Assembly (NCBI GenBank): GCA_017499595.2
Contig: CM038998.1
Coordinates: 124,001 to 188,000, forward strand
Length of the DNA: 64,000 nucleotides
From: Psilocybe cubensis
Taxonomy: Eukaryota
Reading direction: 5' to 3'
The notes below the pieces were generated by a model. The model was not told the origin of the DNA and searched no databases. It saw only the letters and a program-made list of their open reading frames with translations. Shown here piece after piece: positions 25,457 to 36,299 of this stretch. The stretch's first letter is position 1. Every line of letters starts with the position of its first letter. The translations under genes and the position numbers were made by a program.

Positions 25457-27789
25457 CCGCGCCGATCTTTCTATCTCTACCACCACCACCACGGCCGCCG
25501 CGCACCTACTCCCATGCACCGACCACCATCACCTGTGATAACAAACACGACACTGCACACACCAGCACCCACACACAACCTCACGCTCATACGCACCGCC
25601 GCGGAGCTCATCGAACTCGACGTGAAACTGCGCAGTACGCACCCGGGCCTCAAAATCCCATCGCTGCCCATCGACCCCGCCGGTCTGCCCCTCGCGCAGC
25701 AGAAGAAGGGGAAGGAGAAGAAACGAAAGTCGACGTTTTTGAACACGCTTTCGCGGCTGGCGTCGCCTGGGGGTGGCAAGGGGATGGGGATGAGTATGGG
25801 CATTGGGATCGGGAAGAAAGGGGGGAATACACCGCTTGTGATGGCTCCTGCCAAGTAGGGCCCGGATCCGTTTGGCTCGTTTGGTGCGATGACGCTTAGT
25901 TGGAGTGTTAGTGGGAGTATTGGAGGGGATGTGAATGGGTGGTCTGCCGCGCCGTCCATGACGAATCTAGCGTCGACTGCGTTGTCCACTGACGCGCTTG
26001 ATAGGGATGGGGTCATCTCGACAGACAGAGAGAAAGAGGACTATTGATCACCCGGAAGGCGAGGACGCTCATGGTCGTGTGGCCGGCGGTATTATCGAAG
26101 AGGATGAAATGGAGGTGGAGAATGTTAGCTCGCAACGTCAGCAACATCTGGCAAAGTTGAATAATGCACTCAAAACGACCACCATCATCGGCGGCCTATA
26201 GGACGCGCGCGGGTTCATGCGCGTGCGGCTTGATGAGGTGAGGCAGAAGATGGACGCCGAGGAACAGGCGAGGGATGTGTGAGTGTTTTTTTATTTTATT
26301 TTTTTATTTCTTTCTTTCTTTCTTTTCTGGTTTTTGGGGTTTTTTGTTTTTGGAGTGTGGTTTTTAGAGAGTATGTTTTTTGGATTGTTTTTTTTGTGGG
26401 TTTATTTGGATAGATTTCGGTGGAATGGACAGATTCCAGTTTCGGAGGTTCTCTATTCCATCCATCTTGCAGAGGTACTTTGAACGAGCACGGTTCTGGT
26501 TCTTGTTCATGTTGTTGTTTGTTCGAGGGTGTATCCTTCGCCTTCGTCTTCATCTTCGCATAGATCGTTTTGGCCGATGCATGCATGTACGGGTTGATTG
26601 ATACGGGTGGATAGATGGTTCAGGACGGATAGCAGGATGGATAGAAGAACCGTCGGATGGGCTTTTGCTTTTACTTTTATTTTCTTTGCTTTTATTGTAT
26701 CCCATTCTTTTTTATCCTATTCTATTCCCATTCTTATCTCTAATTTTCTAAACACAACTAACACCCCTTTTCCTCTTTTCCCTCCCTTCCCCTACACTTA
26801 TTTAACTTACTACAACCTACAAGCCTCCGCACTCAATTCACCCAAACACACGAAGACATCGCAACATCCTCCTCGCGCTGCTCCCGACGCTCTCGGAGCA
26901 GGTGCTGCGCGCGATGGATGTGGATGCGGTGAAGCGGGAGTTGCAGGCACGGTCGCGGGTGGGTAAAGGGAATAGGGAGCAGCAGGTGTTGGGGATTGGG
27001 AATGGGAATACACCAGCACAAGCACCGGCGAATAAGAGGAGTGTGTACCCACTTGCACCGTACCCTTCCACTCCACCTCCGCCCCAGCCTCGTCAAACGC
27101 CTCCACAACAGGCTCAGGCTCAGCCCCAGCCTCATCAAACGCTTCACGCACCTGCTCACCATCACCCACACCAGCGCCCGCACCGTTCACACTCTCGCCG
27201 CCCGCACCCGTGTTCGTGCCGCGCGCCGCGTCGTTGCATTCCGCGTCGTTGTACCCGTTCGCCTGTTTCTTTGCACTCGCCGTACCTTTCGCTTTCAGGG
27301 ACAGAGTCAGAGTCTATTTCCATCTCGCACGACACGCAGGAGATATCGTCGTCGTTTGTATCGGACAACGGGTCTGTGAGTCGTAGTTGGGTCGTTGAGG
27401 GTTCGGGTGAGGGTTCCGAACAAGGAGGTGCAGGGGAGAGAGCGCCATCGCCTGCTTTGAGCTCTGTTTCTGGTGTTTCCCGTTTCGCATTCGAATTCGA
27501 CGGATGAAGGGGAAGGTGGGGATGAAGATGAAGATGGTACGTCACTTCTCTTTCGTTGTGGGAGTTTGATTTTATCTGATTAAGAAATGTGTATATGTGT
27601 AGGCAGAGAATGTGATTAGTGTGTATACGGACACTGATGCGGATGCTGTTGCGGTTGCGGATGCTGGAGCGGGAGGATCGGGATCGGATCGGGAGGAGCG
27701 GGCGTAGATGCGTTGATCACCTTCGCAGTGCCCTCCGATTCCCACAGTTCTCTTGCTGTTACTTGCGCCGGGCAGGGAAGTAGATCCAG

Positions 27790-28000
27790 TGCCCGGACTA
27801 GGTCTCTCAACCATCCTAACTATCGCTCTCCGGGGAGGGATGTCGTAACGTAGTACTAGGATTAACCGCCTATATTTAATGGGAAGTACTCCTGTTTCAG
27901 AATAAAGAACTGCCGTTATCGACCTCGGACCCAAACCCAGTATTCGTCGCAGACACTTGATCTGCACCTGTTCCAGGAGTCGTAGCAATGACCTGCGATC
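27790..28000 (-). mobile_element. LINE (non-LTR) ORF2 fragment, region C-terminal to the RT
   Basis: LLEQVQIKCLRRILGLGPRSITAVLYSETGVLPIKYRRLIL is the typical post-RT segment of fungal LINEs. Confidence 0.7.
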
Positions 28001-28057
28001 GCTCCTTCTGTAAGTTCGCATATTGTCTGCGCTTTTTTGTTCGAAGCTGAATTTTGG

Positions 28058-28240
28058 AGCAGCTGGTGTATCCACACGACTGGCGCGAAGATGACTTTGT
28101 GGTCTTCCACAACCGTGGAGTTCTGCACACTGTCGTCGGTGCATGCCCTTGACCAGGTGCGCGCGTTCCACCAGTGCAACCTCGCTGCATCGGATGAGCC
28201 CATGGGCCCTTCAGCCGAAGACGTCCAAACCTATGCTTGA
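28058..28240 (+). pseudogene. C-terminal fragment of TauD/TfdA-family (XanA xanthine dioxygenase-like) enzyme
   Basis: LVYPHDWREDDFVVFHNRGVLHTVVG, then a frameshift, then DQVRAFHQCNLAASDEPMGP; N-terminal HxD part absent. Confidence 0.7.
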
Positions 28241-28499
28241 GTTAAGGCGGGTAATTTGCAAGACTTTCGTAGTCAATGGCATACCATTCCTCGATGTCTG
28301 GGTCGTGTCGTTTCCTCAGCATTTCTTGGAGCCTGAATTCCCCGTACCTTGTCAAGATTGATCATCCCACTTGGGGAGGATATAGACACAGATGTTCCCG
28401 CTGGCATCGTCAAAGTCTATCGTGTGTTAATTGTATTGCCAAATAATAGACAGAGAAAAACATACTGCAAGGGTTATTAAAAAGTTGAGAGGAGATGTA

Positions 28500-29334
28500 C
28501 CATCGTCGGCTTGCCGATAAGCAAACAGGGAAGACGAGCATTGGGAATATCTTCATTGGTATGTAATTCTTTTCTCTTGCCGCGAAGGTGTTGAGCTGAT
28601 GTCATCTTTTAATTACTTGCGTATAGCCGGTCTTGGGGCTGGAGTGACGGAAGCTGTTGCCATCGTGACGCCCATGGAAGTGGTGAAGATTCCTCTGCAA
28701 GCTCAACAACATTTATTGGCCGATCCTCTTGAAGCGCCTCGGTACCGTAATGCTGGTCATGCTGTGTACACCATCATTCGTGAGGAAGGAATCTCGACAT
28801 TGTATCGTGGTGTCTCTTTGACGCCACTGAGACAAGCTACGAATCAGGGTACGTCTTCATTCGTGAATAGCCGAAGAACGCCTTTCTTAAGGCTTGTGTG
28901 TCCACCTTAGGTGCCAACTTCACCGCGTACCAAGAAATCAAGAAGCTCGCGCATAAGTACCAGCCAGACTTGGTCGAGCTACCATCCTACCAACACATGA
29001 TGATTGGTCTTATCTCTGGAGCTATGGGTCCGTTCTCAAATGCACCAATAGACACTATCAAAACTCGTACGTCCCTTTTTAACTACACTTTCTTAGCCTC
29101 TCTTACTCAAATCAATTATATCAGGTCTACAAAAAGCCAAAGCAACTCCAGGCCAATCCTCCTTCCAGCGCATATTCGCGATCGCGGCAGATATGTGGAA
29201 GATGGAGGGCGTGCGGTCATTCTACAAGGGCATCACCCCCGCGTGCTGCGCGTGGCACCCGGGCAGGCGATCGTGTTCGCGGTTTATGAACGCGTGAGCG
29301 GCGTTATTGAGATGATCAGCCCAAGAGTGAGAGA
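28500..29334 (+). pseudogene. 5'-truncated, frameshifted mitochondrial succinate/fumarate carrier (Sfc1/Acr1-like), introns retained
   Basis: GLGAGVTEAVAIVTPMEVVKI.LQAQ..ADPLEAPRYRNAGHA..IREEG, RQATNQGANFTAY, GAMGPFSNAPIDTIKTR, RVAPGQAIVFAVYE; 1 bp frameshift at FYKGITP/RV (~29240); GT-AG introns present. Confidence 0.85.
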
Positions 29335-30415
29335 AGATCTCATCTCCACATGTATCCCTGCATGGTCATCCACTCTTCCTCCAACCCATGTTATCTCCAT
29401 GGCTTCCAACGACAGGAGCGCGTCTTCCGAGACGATGATGTAGTCAATGACAGAGCGGCCTCCGTTGGCCTGACTGGAGGTCCACTGTGGGAACGGCGTT
29501 CGGTCGATTGGTGTCCCATTCACGACATGCAGAGAATTCTGCCCCATGATTTCCAGTAGGCGATTCCCTCTAGCAATGCAGGTATTATCTGGAGACACTC
29601 GTACTAAGTGCGATCCCGCTGCTTGTTGCAGGCCTATACGCGCGTTCAGGTCGCCTATAATCATGTATGCCTTGGATCGCAAGACACAAATATTCGATAG
29701 CCTCCCCCAGCCATGTCTTAGGGTCCACATGCGTCCAAGATTCCCATCTGGAGTTCTCTGGCACAAGATACGAGCAGATTAGGATTAGGGATGGGAGCTC
29801 AAGGACCAGTATATCTGGGTGCATGATCTCGTCGCATATTCTATATTTTACAGTGTCCCGTATAATTACAGTGACGCCGCCCAGGGGGTGCCGCCATGGT
29901 CGCGATCGTGCCACTGGATGAAAACCGCGAGGTAGATCCAGAATATCCTCTTGCCCTGGCGCCATGTGTGTTTCCTGGAAGAAGGTAACATCATTAGATA
30001 GTACGAGATCCCTATACATTGGCGTATGGATTGATGCCGCGAGTCCTCCGTTGCAGTTCCAGGAGGCTACGCTGAATCTGGCGCTGTTTGTTTCTATCAG
30101 TGCCCGATGTGTGGAACCCGTCATCGCCGCTCTGCTGTTTGCGTATGCCCTGAAGTCCTGCGCATCCGCATACACCCGAAATCGGAGCCTGATGCGTCTC
30201 GCTTTCCTGGCATGCGTAACTGATACCAAACGTTCCATAGCTAGCCCATTGTCCTGCATCCATTCTCGCCCCATCCGCAGACGCTCAATTCTTTGGCATT
30301 GTAGTGGCCCCCGGAGAACATCTGTAAGATTGACGTCTCTTTCTTGCTGAGTTGCTTGTGTTGACGACATGCGTGGTGTGATTTCTGTTAGGACCGCTGT
30401 GAGTGGAGTTTCCAT
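29335..30415 (-). mobile_element. LINE APE-type endonuclease domain (frameshifted, RT missing)
   Basis: SVASWNCNG, FFQETH, GGVTVII, ICSYLVP, IIGDLNARIG, SVIDYIIVS and DDH motifs split over ORFs 29585-30415 and 29284-29766. Confidence 0.85.
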
Positions 30416-31099
30416 GATAAGAAGAATTTGTTTTTGGTGATGGTGCGTGTTTTATCTCTTTTTTTTTCCTTTTCTTTTTTTTACTTCTTTCTCTATGTGC
30501 GTGTTTTTATTGACATTGACAGTCTTTTTTTTTTCAATAGGATACCTTCCTGGACACGGAACCCGTACTGGGAGAGTTCACAGAGGAGGATCTCGAGCAG
30601 GAGCAGGATACCTACCAGAAGCCGCAGACGGACGCGGACCGCACGGATGGCGAAGGGTACGAGACAAACACGGCGCCGTCGCAGTCGCGCAGCTCGTCGA
30701 TACGCATGGTACAGAGTCAGAGTCAGCTGCAGCAGGGACAAGGGCAGGACTGAGTCAGCAGGTGCCGGTGCAGCAGGTATCCAAACGGCAAACGCGCGTT
30801 AATTTGCCTCTAAAGGTGCTGACGACGCTTGTTTGGTAATAAAAAAAATGTTGTTTCAAGCTTCATGAAATAACATAGGCCACAGATGTCCGCGAATGTT
30901 AAGGAGTTTTATTATTCAGAAATGAGATTATGAGTCTTCAATGAGTATGATACAAATATAGCGAATCAAATGGTAAAATTCAGGGATATATGTACAATAA
31001 TACGAAGCGATAGCGATAAACCGAAAGCAACAAGAAAGCAACAAGAAAGCAACAAGAAAATGAAGAAAAGATAACAACAAGAAAAACCCGCCGGGGCGC

Positions 31100-31643
31100 C
31101 TAGTCGGTGCGGACAGGAGCGACATCGTATGTCTCGCACATTGCGAGATACAGGGCTCGCGCAGGGTAGGTGGCACGTATTTGGGCCTCGATCGCGATAT
31201 CGTTGAGAACTTTCTTGCGCTCAAGTTCGAAGCGGTCGAGCTGAATTTCGTGCGCTTCCGATGTACCAGGCCGAGTACGTGCGCTTCGATTGTCGAGAAT
31301 TTTTTTCAGGGTTTTAATCTCCTGGCGAACGCGGATGAGTTCCTCGAAATCGGCGTCGTTGGCTGGTGAGTGTTGAGCCTCCATGTCGCTGATCAACTTT
31401 CCTCCTGAAAGGAGCGGTAAGACGCTGTTCAAAGCTACAAATACTCACTGGCATACCGCTACGATTTCGCAGAACAACTGGCGCTTCGCTATTTTTGTTG
31501 ATGTAGCGAGCTATCGCCCCGAAGGCGGGCCCTCCGTACGTGCATAACCACTCCACGATCTCGCATCCCGACGCGAATCCGTATTTGATGCCGTTGACGA
31601 AGGAAACGATGGTGGAAAAGATGTTGGAGACTATTGTGGACAT
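31100..31643 (-). CDS. Hypothetical two-exon small protein near the element's right end
   Basis: MSTIVSNIF..RSGMP with a GTGAGT donor, then ORF 31100-31432 (helical); acceptor uncertain. Confidence 0.35.
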
Positions 31644-32264
31644 GGTACGAATATCGATGTTGATAGAGGGCGTGATGAGCGAGGACGATGAATGAATGTG
31701 TTTGAGCGAGTGAGAGCGAGTGTGGTGAGTGTGGTGAGTGAGTGTGAGTGAGTGTGGTGAGTGAGTGGGAGTGTGGTGAGTGATAAGAGACTGCGAGAAA
31801 GTTGTTCTGAGAGACATCAATTCATAGAAGGCAATGGCAAACGATGGCAAACGAATAAAATACATTGATGTGAGTATATACATTGCTACTACAGTGAAAT
31901 AGAGACTCAGGTTCTAGAAATAAGAAGGGAGAAAAGCAGCTTTGACTGTGTAGCATTTGTCAATTTATGTGTATGGTAGTAGGACACACCCGAGCCCCAA
32001 AAATACATATATTTCACTCGAAAATACGTTTTTTCTCGCTGAATAAACATGCGTCACTGATACAGCGTTATTGAATGAAGAGCGTGTTCTCGTCGCTGAA
32101 TACACAAGCGCCTAAGTAGCGTTGGTGAGGTGTGTCGCTTATCACCGAGACGCCAAAATAGCCGTAAAATCGCTGGGCGTGTCGCTCAACGCGCGCCGAT
32201 CGCGCGTCAAGCGCGCGCTGATCGCGCGAGGAGGCGCGCGCTGAGCGGCACGATGAGCGTGTCG

Positions 32265-32670
32265 ATGTCTGTTTGACAATCTGTTTGATTTCAAACAGAT
32301 ATTATGTTTGATTTCTTACACAACTTATGTTTGATGTTTATGGTCGATAACATACAGAATATACGGATGATTTCATGCACAAATTATCAAACAGGAGTTA
32401 TATTTGGAATCAAACACTATTTATCAAACACAATGTACGTTTGTTATCTTACAGCGAACTTGACAGATTTTCTGTCAAGCCCGTGTTCTTTGACAAACAG
32501 GCGTCAAACATACGTTGTGTTTGATATCACATGCCTATCAAACATAACTTATGTTTGATGCTTGTTTGTCAGCAAACACAACTTATGTTTGACATCAAAC
32601 ATCGTCTTCTTACATAATATGTGTTTGATTGACGATGTTTGACATCAAACATGTATCGGAGCCCGCAGTG
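32265..32670. repeat. Subterminal repeat array (TGTTTGA/TCAAACA in both orientations) ending in a CACTG-type terminus
   Basis: More than 15 copies of the heptamer in both orientations in ~400 bp, ending gatgtttgacatcaaacatgtatcggagcccgcagtg; GC-rich CGCGCG-repeat block just upstream (32185-32250). Confidence 0.85.
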
Positions 32671-33620
32671 GAAGAAAATAGTCGTAGAAGAAACAGAAAG
32701 GAGTTAAGCTTACCACAGGTGTTGTAAGGAGATAATTCCTCTTGCTCACTACCCTCCCAAAGAGACGCATGGTGCAGTAGCCGGGCAGACGTTCGGTTAA
32801 CGGGCGGGATGGATCAGCAGGTTGATGGTGGCGTTCGGTGGTACGGGGATGGAAATTAGGTATGAACAACTTAGCATCCAGTAGGGAAGTGATAAGATAG
32901 AAATCATCCACTTACGCATGAAGATGCGATGGGCGAAGAACCTAGTGGCAATTAGTGATACGGTCTCAAAAATATCAACAAGACTCACAAATGGACCATG
33001 AAAGTCAAGATGGCCTGAAGATCCACACATAGTCAATACGTTAGGTTCGGAGTTTTCTTATTGATAGTGGGAGATATGAAAGTAGAGTCAACTAACCGTC
33101 ATCACAATTGTCAGCTGTAAGTATGCGAGCATAAAGAGATCAGATATTGGTCTTCTTCTTGCACGAATGGTGAACGAACCGCAATGTTCCTATGAATTTG
33201 AATAAAAAAAAAACACATAATTAGGTTAATCCAGCGAACACTCTCACCAGTGAATGATGTCTATCTGAGCAGGTTGGCCATAGCTGTCGATAAGGTAACT
33301 CCACAGCGCTGACCAGATAAATGCCGTATGCGATGTGTCCAGCAGCCTTCACATCCAGTTGGCATTATTCAAAAATTTATACGGACGGAACACAAAGGTA
33401 CTGACCACACTATCAGGACCAGAGATTTTACTTGAGTGGTGTCCGATGGGTAAAGCTTGAAATACATGATTACTTGCACGACGACGATGCCCGAGAGCCT
33501 ACAATGAAGTCCGGTAGTATACATTGACTGGTACATTGGCGCAGGCAAAACTCACAGCGAGGCATACAAGCCACCGAGAAGAATCGCCCCAAAGGTCCGT
33601 GGTACTTCGACTGTGGCCAT
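32671..33620 (-). pseudogene. 5' half of a fungal multi-TM membrane protein (DUF6534-type family), truncated in an intron at 32671
   Basis: Spliced: MATVEVPRTFGAILLGGLYASLLSGIVVVQVIMYFKLYPSDTTQVKSLVLIVWLLDTSHTAFIWSALWSYLIDSYGQP..FFAHRIFMLSKRNYLLTTPV. Then a GTAAGC donor at 32713 with no AG acceptor before the CACTG junction. Confidence 0.8.
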
Positions 33621-36299
33621 TGATAATACAATTGGAAAGAGTGATGGGTTGGATCCACGGAGTCCGTACGCTGGGCAAGGGGGGGGACACGAAGAAAAGG
33701 GTTGCTCAGATACAATCCCGGGCTATATGTACCCAACTCTATTTCCTGCACAGGGTCCTACTCCACGGCGTTGATATACTACTATATGTTTATACCCTCT
33801 GGGAAGTTGCCAAACCGAGCACGCATGTAACCGAGCTCGAGAAGCCTGTCGGAACACGATCGGGGGTAAGAGAGTACGCAGGGGCCAAGAAATCGTGACG
33901 TAAATATCATGCCGGAAAATAAACTCTGCAAAGCCGTGCTGATCCTATACAACTCTGAGAAAAAGTAAAGTCAAATCACAACTTATACGGTCTAGCCTTG
34001 TTTCGGGGCCTTGGGTATGTCGGACGGCGGCACGACAGAGTGGTCGTTGGGCGGAGTTACTCATTCACGTTTTTCTAGGTTTATGTTACACCTCTGTAAA
34101 GTGTAGACATTTGACAAGTACATGAATTAAAGCATCCGGGGATGGTTGGGTATAATAAAATCTTCAAAGAGAGGCTGATAGGGCAGTGCAACCTTGTTTC
34201 TGGATTCGTATTGATGATTTGCCTCGTGGTGGATGATCGATTAAACGGTTTATTTTTAGGCCCGAGATTTGCGGGGAAGGTAATACCACTCCGAGTCCGG
34301 AGACGATTCAAAGATGGGGAAAAGAATCCTGCGACTTGAATTTGGGTGCATTGGAAGATGCAAGAGAAATATTGTCTGAGTGTAGTGAACAAGAAAAAAC
34401 ACGGCAAAAGTCTGCATGCTACATGTCAGTGAGCGCCAAATAGCTTAGATGATGTGATGGCTGGCGGATTAGCCTTGCAAGAACCTAAAATAGACAGTGT
34501 ACCATCCAACGCAATTCCAGACCATTTAACATAGAAACACTCTGAGTATCATTCAAAAAAACAATTGTTGGACGTTTAAACCTCAAAGCTTCAAACGTTG
34601 ATTTATGCCTAATGTTTTATGACGTTGAGCGAATTCTTGAATGTTCGGACAAGTTCTCATGACAAGATGAATTGTTCGTAGTACTATGGAAATCAGTACT
34701 TCTCTGAGTTCTATAAAAGTTAAAGTGCTATTCAGGAATATTGTTGCTGCATGAACCTTTCAATAAGTCGAAAGTGCAATCGGAGCTTTGTTGTGAACTT
34801 GTAAAGTACGGTGTAGATATACATATACATCACCCCTCCTTGTAATCTTGTCCAAATTACAGCATGCTACCCCACTGTTAATAATGAGAGAAGCAACTTA
34901 TAATATCCTTTCAAGCAACCCGATGATGATCAATTCGAAAAATAGCACACAATTAGGCGCTAGTTTTTCAAACAACGACACTAGTCACACTTGTTTAGAT
35001 TTACAATCAAGATTATGTTCTGATGCCGAAATCAGGTTCAGTGGTCGCTGGCCAGGGACTCTAGTGAAATTGCAGGAGGTGGCGTAGTTGAGGTCCCTTG
35101 GAAAAACCCGAATTTACCGGCGATTGTGTAGAGCACCTTCAACATCGACTCCTCTGAGCTGCAAGCACTCTACAATCTTGAATCTCAATGATATCAACTC
35201 TGCCCATACCGGCTTGAAGAGGCCTGTTGACACGAATTGTTTCCAATGACACCGCTCCTCGCAACCGTCGCAGAGTGGCGAGGTATGGATACGAGTGTAC
35301 ATGCCGTACGTCACAGAATCTAACTGTGCTACTGTTTCAAACTTGACGTAGGAAAATTTGAGTGATCCTGCGGCAACCATACAACACCGAGAATAAGTAC
35401 AGCCAATCTACGTATCAGAGAATTAGAGCAGCAAGGTGATATTTTTGAAAAGAACTGAATGCGTTCAGGAAGCAGACTTGAGCTTGTCTTCATTGTTCAA
35501 AGAATCAGGAGTCCTGGAATCGGCGGTCCTTTGCGATGCTGTTATAAGTTTACCGCTTATGGAACTTGATATTCGACGGAGCCGAAAATTAGCGTTGAGA
35601 TAACGATGACGTTCACATTATTGAATTATTTTTGCGTTTCAGCGTCAGAGACTAGAGCTTCGTAGGTAGTAATATTGGCATCAATGACCATAAATCCATC
35701 AACGGATAGCGGTTAAACACGTACTAGCTACATAACAAACAGTTGAAATTTCAGTAATGAAACTGAGTGGAGGACTTCGGGAAAATTGTACTTATGTAAA
35801 TAATTGAAACCCTATGGTGTGTGAGATGAGCCATGTCTAGATCCAATATGCCTTTCATTTATCCTGGGGGCCATTCCTGATACTGGTGCGGATCCGAGTG
35901 GATACCCTCACTGTCTCGTCTTATCAAATTTGTCTGCGCGCTTCAGAATGGCGAAGGCGATATCCGATTGTTGAAAGAGTGGGCGCCTCGAAGCTTGTTA
36001 TTAAAGTACAAATCTGGTTTGGCCTTGGTGGGTCCGTGCGTGTGAATTTAAACGGTCCGTGCGTACAATATTCTTTCCAAATCCGGCTCCGCATAATCTT
36101 ATCATCACCTTTTACATCGACACAATCACTTTATCGCTTGACTATAATATCAATGCACCCACGGCATAGTGTATATCTGGTACCAACGCGTCAATCTTAT
36201 CGTTATTTCCAAATTCAGTCCTCCTCACATTCACAGTAAATATTGATCAGTGATCAACGTGAACGACAAGCCAGTGATTAGCAAAAAGTCTCGAATACG

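Larger units (their letters stand above)
1..32670. mobile_element. Putative giant CACTA (CMC-EnSpm) DNA transposon with cargo genes; right end at 32670, left end outside the window
   Basis: Tnp2-type transposase at 1-3555. Terminal ...GGAGCCCGCAGTG (reverse complement CACTGCGGGCTCC) at 32658-32670, preceded by a subterminal repeat array, abuts a host gene broken mid-intron. That all 32 kb is one element is inferred. Confidence 0.6.

Noticed and set aside
24430-27570. Pro/His/Asp-rich ORFs as real genes
   Set aside because: Low-complexity GC-rich patches interleaved with T-rich tracts; probably more captured fragments, but the parent genes are not identifiable.
32265-32660. Repeat array as a CRISPR-like or telomeric array
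   Set aside because: Eukaryotic context, irregular spacing, both orientations and a 7 bp unit fit transposon subterminal repeats.
1-32670. Starship, Helitron or KDZ identity for the large element
   Set aside because: No DUF3435 tyrosine recombinase, Rep/helicase or KDZ transposase motifs seen in the window; the transposase and terminus are CACTA-like. A nested arrangement beyond the window cannot be excluded.
34080-35700. Possible small minus-strand gene upstream of the CHAT gene (candidate substrate)
   Set aside because: No convincing exon chain or motif could be assembled by eye.
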